Part shown: positions 55,101 to 64,000 of the stretch, one piece after another
Numbering within the stretch: position 1 is the stretch's first letter
How the letters are laid out: every line of letters begins with the position of its first letter
Source of the DNA: Tubulanus polymorphus
Lineage: Eukaryota; Animalia; Nemertea
Direction: 5' to 3'
DNA: 64,000 bases
Assembly: GCF_964204645.1 (NCBI RefSeq)
Contig: NC_134031.1
Coordinates: 4,154,001 to 4,218,000 of the forward strand
Position numbers and translations under genes: made by a program
The notes under the pieces: generated by a model
Database searches by the model: none
The model's input: only the letters and a program-made list of their open reading frames with translations
What the model was told of the DNA's origin: nothing

Positions 55101-57721
55101 ATGCATTTTTACAGGTGGTTTCGAGTTGTCCGTCTACTCTTCCATGGTCAGAGACGCGGTCTACGCATTTGCTTACGCTTTGAAGAAGGTCCATAGAGAC
55201 AAATGCGGGGCACACGCAACTTCCGTTTGTCCGAATATGAAGGCAGTTGATGGCAATGAATTGCTAACTTATTTACGCGTTATCAATTTTACAGGTATGT
55301 TCACAATGCTCACCTGCTACAAGACCAAAATCAACAAAAACAACAGATAGATCTCAGATACAAAGATCGGATATTCATTTCATTAGAAATTTAGTAAATG
55401 AAATTTTCGATTCTGCGCTATCGTCTGCTTGTGGCAGAGTTTAATGATGCATGGCGTATTGATGCGACTGACGAAAGCCATCAAAATTGAAACAATTACA
55501 ATTAAAGTTCATTTCTACTATTCGTTTCAGATGCAGCCGGTGACCAGTTTCAATTTATCAACGGAGTCGACGGAATTCCTAGATATAGTTTGGTTACGTT
55601 CGATCTGAATTCACGTGGAGAATACGACTGGATGGAAATCGGAAAATATATCGGTAACTGGTCTATTTCAGGTATTAGCTTTTCTCGGCTTAGTGGCTTT
55701 TCTTCCTTTCTCTATATCCGTCGCCTTGTACGTACTACCTACTTACGGTCTTAATACGGCTTTCCACCTTGTTTTTTCACCTTTACATCGCTTGCCTGCT
55801 GGAAACATTCAAGATCTCTACGCAATATTATTTTGGAAAGTATGTATATATGTATCTCGATATTTTGGATTTCTCTTCGACAAGTTGTATGCGAAAGAGT
55901 ATGTAAATATTACTTTTCATGTATTATGAAATTGAGTCTTTGTTCTCTGTCGCCACCCTGCTCTCAATTTTCAACAAATCTAATCGATCAAAATTTTAAA
56001 ACTTGCGATACTGATTTCTTGTCTATAAATTCCAGGTCACAACGTCAGTGCAGCTTTGATTTTTGATTCGGAATTCTTGAAAACGAAAGATCGCATACCG
56101 GCCAGCCAGTGCGCCGAACAGTGTGGCCCAACTCAAGCCACGCGCTACACGGAAATGGATCAGTGTTGTTGGATATGTCAGAATTGTTCAGAAAACGAAT
56201 ACGTCGCTTCGACGAAGAGCGATTCACACAACGACGAACAATCCTGTCAGAAATGTGACGATGGATTCTGGCCAAACGTAAACGGCACAGACTGTCAGCC
56301 CCTGCCCTTAATGCATACTAGATACGACACGATTTGGTCCATAATAGCTTTCTCAGTTGCTTCAGTGGGATTAATAATCGTCGTTATAGTTAGCATCATA
56401 TTCATTATCTATAGGAACACGCCCATCATTCGAGCCACCGGGAAGGAATCTAGTTGCGTTTTGATGTTCGGTATTTGCCTGTCGTATCTATCCAGTTTAG
56501 CGTTCCTTCAGAAACCAACGGAAGCACTGTGCATCGCGATTCGTTTTCTGTTAGGTACGTGTTACACCGTTTGTTACGCCGCCCTATTGGCGAAAACAAT
56601 CCGCATCGTGCGCATATTCGATTCCTATAATTCTGGGATAAAAAACGTGAAATACATCACCACTAGATATCAACTGATTTTCATAGCTTCTCTAGTGCTC
56701 GTCGAAGAGATCATAATCGCCTCGTGGAGCTTAGCTATTCTCGATAAACCTTTCATTCTGAAAGTTTACCCGACAGTGAAGAGTAACATTTTGATCTGCT
56801 ACGACGCTCAAGGACTCCCTTATTTACTGGTGTTAGTTTATCCCTTGATACTGGTAATTTCGTGTACTGTTTACGCGTTCAGAGCTCGTAAGACTCCCGA
56901 TGGGTTTAACGAGTCGCGAAATCTCGGATTCTGCGCGTACACTACCTGCATAATCTGGGGCGCGTTCATTCCCGTGTACTACGCCACCTGGGATCATAAC
57001 TATAACGCATTCATCATGAGTATAACGGTCAGCCTGAATGCTACTGTAGAACTGATGTGCATATTCGTTTCTAAAGTATACATAGTTATATTGAGACCGG
57101 AGAGGAACACGCGGGCGGCCGTTATGGCTCGGTCCTCCAGTCATTTGAACAGTATTTCAGTTTCAGTTGTACCGGGGAACAGAACATCTACCGACGGTAA
57201 GAGGTTCTTAACCATAGATAAAAATAAGATTGTGAACATTGATTTTGAATCGAAACCTCATTCATATCTTGAATAACGTAGTAAATTTTCCTCCAAGTTG
57301 CTCAATTTTTCTGGATTCTTCCTCCAGTTCTGTATTTTCATAGACATCGATTTTGATGATTTGATATACTTGAAACATTTTAATCGCTTTCTTTCCCTTT
57401 TCAGAGTCGTTGAGTAGAAGATCCTTGTCAGATCCGTCTGCCACCAACATTTTATCACTAGTAACGTCTGATACGTCGTTATCAACCGGGGAATCTATTC
57501 TATTAACCCCTTCAACCTGTAATAAAAACAAGGCGCATTCCATGTCTTCTAGCAACTCGCATACGAACCAAGAAATTGCGCTCAAACGAAATAAAACGGA
57601 ACCCACTATCAATCGCCACGTTAACTATGACTGTAGGCCGCATAAGAGATCCGGCCGAACATCCATGACTTCTAGCGGACATTCGACGGACCTGGATTCG
57701 GTTCCCAATACAGACTTATAA
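52123..57721 (+). CDS. Metabotropic glutamate receptor-like class C GPCR, ~982 aa; join(52123..52410,52862..53053,53324..53436,53730..53962,54298..54508,54664..54794,55115..55294,55531..55653,56036..57196,57405..57721)
   Basis: Signal peptide; Venus flytrap motifs GDVILGALFPVH, EAMLFTLDEIN, GGASSEV, ISYQSTS, FLRTVPSD, WKYVS..NYG, GSDGW, RNPWFKEFW, DAVYAFA; 9-Cys CRD; 7TM with NTPIIRA, FNES..GF..YTTCIIW.AF. All introns are GT-AG and phases close (2949 nt = 983 codons). Exon 7 acceptor and exon 8 donor have in-frame alternatives. Confidence 0.93.
52488..52641 (-). mobile_element. Probable LINE 3'-UTR remnant in mGluR-like intron 1
   Basis: Minus strand reads GGGCATCGGCC..GTCGATGTCC hairpin, then AATAAA and a (TTA)n tail. 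Confidence 0.4.
56036..57196 (+). CDS. mGluR-like exon 9 (cysteine-rich domain + 7TM)
   Basis: TCCAG| acceptor, G|GTAAG donor; covers most of the 406-aa ORF. Confidence 0.93.
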
Positions 57722-58299
57722 ACGGCACCTATGTTGGTCAACCCAAAGATTCCTTATCCTGTTTCCTGTTGTTTGTAAATATTGTATATTTGTGTCTATT
57801 TGATCATAGATAAATACAGGGTGTCTCAAAACTTCATTTTTAATGAATGATTGCTCTTAAAGCTACGGTGTTACATTTTTTGAGACATCGTATAATTGAA
57901 ATATATATTTCTTGCATTAAAGATCATGAATTCGATGAGTTCTAGTATGTAAGGACTATACACATGCATTTCGGGTTCGAACCCATACAAGGGCGTCGTC
58001 GTCGTCGGCAGGGATGATACCCAACTGTCGCAAGGCCACAACATAATTGGAATCCCGATGTCACATACACCAGGAAATAGATAGAAAATGAAAGGGAGTT
58101 TTGGGTACAACAAATCCACTGACCTTTACTTAAGATCGTTTGCTAGCCTTATATTCTGGTCTTCGGGATTTTTAGCTGAACGTGACCTATGAGCCAACGG
58201 ACGTGGTGGTGATGCCCCTGTGGTGGTTACGTTATTTCAGGCCTCGAAAAAATCAAACTGCTTACAAACAGATAAGTATGGAGTATGATTAGGGTTTTG

Positions 58300-58605
58300 C
58301 AGGGGTGGAACCAGGGCGCAGACGTTGGCGGGAGCAAAAAGAAATGAAAAGAGCACTTTTAAAAAGGGCAGTATCCACGCAGCCAAAATGGCAGTATGGA
58401 AAATCTAGAAATGTCAGTGCATTTTAAGCTGGCACTTGAGATCAAAGAGGATGATTTCGCGTATGAGCCCAAATTTTGGACAGAAAACTGCTGCTCCCGT
58501 TGGGTGCGGATGGGAAAATTACTTCGAAAAGGATTGTCATCATTGTTCAAAAGGGTATGAGAAAATTGCTACTGGAGCACGTGCGCCCATCAAAATCGGC
58601 CTTTG
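58300..58605. mobile_element. MITE, related copy at ~33494-33945
   Basis: Left end CAGGGGTGGAACCAGGGCGCAGACGTTGGCGGGAGCAAAAAGAAATGAAAAG and right end AAAATTGCTACTGGAGCACGTGC both match the 33494 copy; flanks TTTTG/GTTTG (4/5). Confidence 0.65.
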
Positions 58606-60590
58606 GTTTGAGGATGGTTTTACTTGGTGGCACCCATAGCGGCGGCAATGGTGACTGAGTGTAGCGTAGATTAGCACACAGCGACGGAGTAACGTAGCTG
58701 CGACTGAACGGGTTGTGTATCAACGCTGCAGTGTCACCGATGTGTTGCGTGTATTAATGTTTTGCTCAGTCGATTATTCGACAGCTGTTTACATCAGGAG
58801 GGAGCCAGGTTCCAATATATTTATATATATATTATAGAGCAGTACTATATCAGAGAAAATAGACATGTTCATGCGATAGCATTAGTCAATGGGCGGTGAA
58901 TGGTTGGTCATCGTTTGCTTGATTATAAGTGGAGAATTTACGCAATGACTCTGATTCAATAAATGGTAGCATTGATGGTATGTATTCAATAGATATTATA
59001 CATCTGTATTTGTGTAAACTACTTGCTTTCTTCTATAGATGCAGGTGAATATTCTGTATCGAAATTCCGAGGCCGATTGTCTTTATTTTTTGCCACTAGT
59101 TTAATTATTACATTAGAACGATAATCTCAAAGTAACGACCGAATTCCGAAGATAATTTCGAAGTGCTTTTGTCGAAAACAACGAAAGCAGCAAAATTCCT
59201 ATTTGCAGCGCGACTAAAAGGCTAATGATATGTTTATACTCGAGAAATAGCTCTTAAGTTAACGATTGTCACGAATGGTTCTACACGAGACTGTAAAAAC
59301 ATTCGACTACAATAAAAAAACACACGACTCTGCCATAACAACACTGCAAGATATTTCATTATACTTGCTTATAGAATACACGAGCGATTAATATTTCATT
59401 CATAAGACATCTAATATTCAGAAAAAGCCCACGATTGAATGTTTGTACTCCGGGGGATTGTTTCAATCTGGTGGAACGATCATGAGGCCGGCAGGTGCCA
59501 CGCTATACCACGTATTGTACGTATTGAATACGAACCGTGATAAATCCCGTGATTAAATTCTTGAGAAAAAGACGTTATAAAACCACGCCTTCAGTAGTAG
59601 AATTTATGAGTAAAGTATGACTTCGTGCAGGCTGCATCATAAAGCATTGGCGGATTTTTAGAAAATGGCTACTTCATTGCCAATTATATATTTGAAGTAC
59701 ATCTGACTCTAAATTCATTCGGTTTATTCATTTGTACCTGTGAGTACCTAATTACTGAGAATGTATCGGTGGTTCGCTGGGATAACGATGAATACCGGTG
59801 TGTACGTATTTGTGACGAGCAGAAAACGAATTATATAAATTCGAATTTTTCGAGGCAATATTTCAGATTCGTTCTTTTCGAATGTCCTAGAATGCGATCG
59901 GTTTTTGGAGTTAACGTTTTGCGGCAAATGTTACAACGCCTCGGCGCAGTACGTTCCGAGATTGCTCGTCGTTTGAAATTCTAAACATATCCATCACGAA
60001 CTACGTGTATGATGACTCTACACGGCAGCAAGGATTTTTCGGTGTTAATTTATACCGGCGCCGAAACCACACATCTTCACCAAGAAAACGGACACGATTG
60101 TCGAACACTTCACTGACTGGTACCCGATATGTTCTAAAAGAAATGGCACAATATACATATATATGCAATACATATGAAATAGTTGATATTTGATATCTGG
60201 ATCCGTCATAAGACGTCCACTTGCGTGGAATGTATTCATCTATTATTCATTGGCAATTTTCCCTATTTTTCTGAAGATTCGTGCTGGACCCTGTTGAGAC
60301 ACTACTTCAGTTGTCACATTGTCGGAGAAGAAGTGGTCTTCGATGCCTGTATTAATATCACAAACACGGACACCTAGAAACAGTGCCGCAGTTTCGAGTT
60401 TTGTATCCGTAACTGAGGAAAGCGAGCGGATCTAAAGTTAACGATTTACTGTTAACCGTTTGTTGATGTTTACCGGTATTTAAACACAACGGTTATAACA
60501 ATACATTTCTATTGACCGGATTTGCTTTAATCAAGAATATCGACGAAAACTGGTCTCTGCGTGTGAGAATATTTCGTAGAGATATATGGA

Positions 60591-60739
60591 CAGGGGCGGA
60601 TCGAGGGGGATTCCAAGGTGTCTGGAATCCCTCTGCAAAAACATTTCTTTTTCTTTTTCAATGTTAAATTTCTCTGGTTAAATGCAGGAAAATACATCTG
60701 GAGACTTCTATTTTCCCCCTAATCCTGGATCCACCCCTG
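60591..60739. mobile_element. MITE with CAGGGGCGGATC TIR and 5-bp TSD (hAT5-like)
   Basis: CAGGGGCGGATCGAGG...CCTGGATCCACCCCTG; TSD ATGGA on both sides. Confidence 0.85.
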
Positions 60740-61058
60740 ATGGATGCTATACATATAGGCCCTATATACATACCGACGATGAAGCGACGGTAGACTGACA
60801 AGATTCATACACTAATTGTATAGCACTGAACTCATTAATACTACACTTTGACGTGAAGTGCCTTTATTCAATTTCTACTTCAAATAATAAATACTGCACG
60901 ACAAAAATCGGTTTTTGATTTTTGTTTTGTTCTAGCTACGTACAATACAATAGACAGGAAATAAGGTACAAAAATCGCCAATCGCCAAAACACTGTTGTC
61001 GGCTTATTCCTATTCATATATCAATATTCATCTTTCTTGATAAATACCGTTGATCTAG

Positions 61059-61156
61059 GGCCCAGTTCACTCGTCAATAGTTAATCGAATTTTAATTATG
61101 AGTTACGTAAAAAAAGTGAAATTCACAGAATCAACTCACAACTGCAAAACTAGGCC
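61059..61156. mobile_element. Short Harbinger-like MITE remnant
   Basis: GGCCCAGTT...AACTAGGCC with flanks TAG/CAG. Confidence 0.45.
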
Positions 61157-61770
61157 CAGGGTCCAAAGCACCTGTATTTAAAGAACTAGCAGTTTCTGGC
61201 ACCATATGCCGGTCTAAATACACAGTCAACCATAGTCTATTACTACGAGTACACTGTATAAAATGAGGAACAGCTGTTATGAAAAAAACATTGTCGTTTA
61301 CATTAAACGTAGTTCTCTTCAAGATTGAAGGGTTAATTTTTCTCGTATTGAATACTAATTAAAACGTCGTTAATAATGATCCGTATTCCATCGTGTTCAT
61401 CTCAGTGAATCAGTTATCATTAGTGGCGCATATGCGTTTGTTTTGTAGGAAAGAATTGCTTTGACTATCATATATATATAATTTTGATTCGATCTTATTA
61501 CAGATGTTTTGCCCGTCATGCGGATTATGGATTTAAGGAACGTGGAAAAAGTGACAGAATATGGGATACAGCGCGCCGAGAGAATCCTACAACTGTGACG
61601 TTCTTGATTGATTACTTCAAGACGATATTACCATGCATGACGTCATCACTTCATTTGCATAACGTCTCGGAAAGCTATTGCGCAAATATCATACGGATGC
61701 TGAAATTTCCCTGAGACTATATGAACAATGTTGAATTCTTACGAGATGCTTCGTACGTGAGACATGAATA

Positions 61771-64000
61771 ATGGCGCTATATTTAATGAGTGCAATATTA
61801 TGGGCCTGCCTAGTGCCTATAGCCTTTGTAAGTACTGTCGGGGGTATTGTGGCGTTATCGCATTTCCGCCTAATCTATCGATCTTTGGACGTTTTGTTAA
61901 TATCGTTGCTGAGTTCGTTGCTAGTCAACTGCGTCATTGTTGTACCACTAGCGCTCTCTGTCGTCATCAACAATCTCACCTGGAGCGTAGAACTATGCAA
62001 ATTTTTCGTGTGGACTTTCGTGACGTCGCGAATGGTGGGAATAATTACGTTGATATCGATTTCGATGGATTGTTTAATAATGCTTCGAGCTCCGGGCAGT
62101 TTTCGGATTTACGGACTAGTCCGATCTCGAACAGTATACGTCTACGTCATTTGCGTGTGGATACTTGCAATTTTCACCGGAGGAGTTCCGTTAATCGGCT
62201 GGTCTGGGATCACATTTGTAAAAAGTGTCAATAATGAATGTATGTTTATGCCTTTCGAAATCGGTTCGTCGTTCAGTATTTTCATGGCGGTTTTAGAATT
62301 CGCCAGTATTTTTCTATCGGTTATTTGTATTACGGACGCATTTTTTTGTCTGAAACACGCGAAACGAAGTTACAATTTGCGACGTACCCCGGGAAGTCAA
62401 CAGGGTTTGCCGAAAGAGTTGGTCAACAATTCGGAAGGACTGCCGAAATCAGCCATATTGGAAGCGTTAGACTTTTCGGCTAATGCGATGGACGCGTGGG
62501 TAATCGCGTTAGCTGTAGTGATACTGTGCTACGTTATCAACCATATACCGTTCATGGTAAGTCAGTTACCTGCATGATGGAAATCATTATGTGGAGTGCC
62601 GCGTCGTTATACGAAAGCCAATCGGAAACTAATGAACTTTCACTCTGTCATTAAAATGTAATCAGATCGTAGAAAGCTTCCCATATGATGAATCCCCGCT
62701 TTTATTGGAAAATGAGTCCCAATCAGTATAAATCTCATCGGGTCAACTTAAGATTATGCTTAAGTGCTTCTGGCGTTGCGTGCTATCTTCAAAAATAGCC
62801 ATATACTCTTAGTTGGACATCGTCATAACGCCTGCTGTCAGGAGATATTTAAGGAGACCTTTGTGTGAGAATGTTTCACATTTTATATTTTCAGGTGATT
62901 TGCGTTGTCGGGGCGGTCACCCCGACTGCCATTACACACGGTACTAGCAGGACAGTAGTACTATGGCTATTAATCGCGGAAGGCTGTACACTACCCCATT
63001 TATTGTGGGCTTTCAGCACTAGATACAGACACGCCTGTTCCTTTCTGATTAAGGCTTGTTGCTTTTACAAAGTCGAAGAAAATCCAGGTATTAAAACAGT
63101 TATTTAAAGCCGCGATCACACGGAGACGATTTGGTGCGGACCAAACTGGCACGGATCAGGCGCGAGCAAAATTTGGCCCGTGCCTAATTAGAGAGCGCGC
63201 TCACACGTAAAACACTCACTCGATACTAAACAATGCTTAAACAAAGGCGAAGTGAGTCATTTCCGGAACCAGTCGCAATCATTTGTCGCATGCTGAAATT
63301 TGGCCCGGGCCAAAAACTCTCGTGTGATCGCGGCTTATGGTTCCTTCAAATTGGATGATGAATATACATGAGTTCATTCTTTTCGAGTTATTCTAGAGAG
63401 ATGGTGGGTATCCGGAATTAAAGCACCTAATTAACTTGATTACGATACTCATCGAGTATACTCTGTTTTAAGTGGCGGCCAAACGTCGGTATGATTGACT
63501 CATAATAGTGGAAGGTTAACCGTTATTAGAAAATCCACATCTAATTCGTGGCCGAGTGCCAGATGGCGGTTCAGTAAAAGCAAAATATCGATATTAATAA
63601 AACAGAAATTATTAGGCGAAAAAACGCTCCGTGCACACGCACAATCTGTCGTAATTAATAATCTAGGTATTAAAGCTACCAGACTACGTAGAAAGACTAT
63701 TTGAAAATGAAATTCAATATGTCCCTGCATCTGTGCTCAATTAATTGTTTACTTTAGTGCTAGTGACTGAGTTAAAATCGATTTTGAATATTTCTCTACT
63801 CATACACCCGCACATCTAAATTGAAAAGCGGGCGAGTCTAATCAGACGGCTTATTGACAATATTTTGAAATTGCGAACGTTCTGGCATTTCAGTTCGAAG
63901 ATTTCGATTTTTTGTTTCACTATGTTGTTTATTTACGTATAAATCCCCGCTTGTCCATTGCAGATGAAATCTGTCGTATACAGTTGTACCACAAGCGTCT
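61771..64000 (+). CDS. Orphan class A GPCR, GPR153/GPR162-like, 3' end outside window; join(61771..62556,62895..63087,63964..>64000)
   Basis: Very short N-terminus; W.VELCKFFVWTFVT; LRAPGSFR; CVWIL..GGVPLIGW; CMFMPFEIGSSF; TM7 VLWLLIAEGCTLPHLLWAFSTRYR resembles recalled GPR153 [23 protein letters not shown]. Donors GTAAGT (62557) and GTATTA (63088). The exon at 63964 is tentative. Confidence 0.8.
63108..63335. mobile_element. PIF/Harbinger-like MITE in GPCR intron
   Basis: Perfect TIR AGCCGCGATCACACG / CGTGTGATCGCGGCT; flanks TAA/TAT; internal AAATTTGGCCCG repeats. Confidence 0.8.

Overview
Eukaryotic (animal, probably invertebrate bilaterian; taxon not determinable from sequence alone) AT-rich genomic DNA with spliced genes. 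Most short ORFs in the track are noise. I assembled five protein-coding genes by hand from GT-AG boundaries with consistent reading phase. (1) A 500-aa TM-C2A-C2B synaptotagmin (+, 14975-44689, 5 coding exons, 25.7-kb first coding intron) with degenerate Ca2+ ligands. (2) An ~832-aa membrane-anchored copper/TPQ amine oxidase (+, 46701-49410). (3) An intronless, divergent peptide-receptor-type class A GPCR (-, 50227-51279). (4) An ~982-aa 10-exon mGluR-like class C GPCR (+, 52123-57721) that lacks both basic residues that bind the glutamate side chain. (5) A GPR153/GPR162-like orphan class A GPCR (+, from 61771, running off the window). The non-coding DNA holds several MITE families with visible TIRs and TSDs (5-bp TSD hAT5-like, 8-bp TSD foldback, Harbinger-like), LINE/SINE 3' tails, and very long microsatellites, including (CTG)~135 in the synaptotagmin intron. 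It also holds a dispersed family of Penelope-type minimal hammerhead-ribozyme motifs, two of which form an inverted repeat around (TA)93. No tRNA/rRNA genes, CRISPR arrays or autonomous transposase ORFs were recognised. All homology calls come from motif recognition, not database searches.
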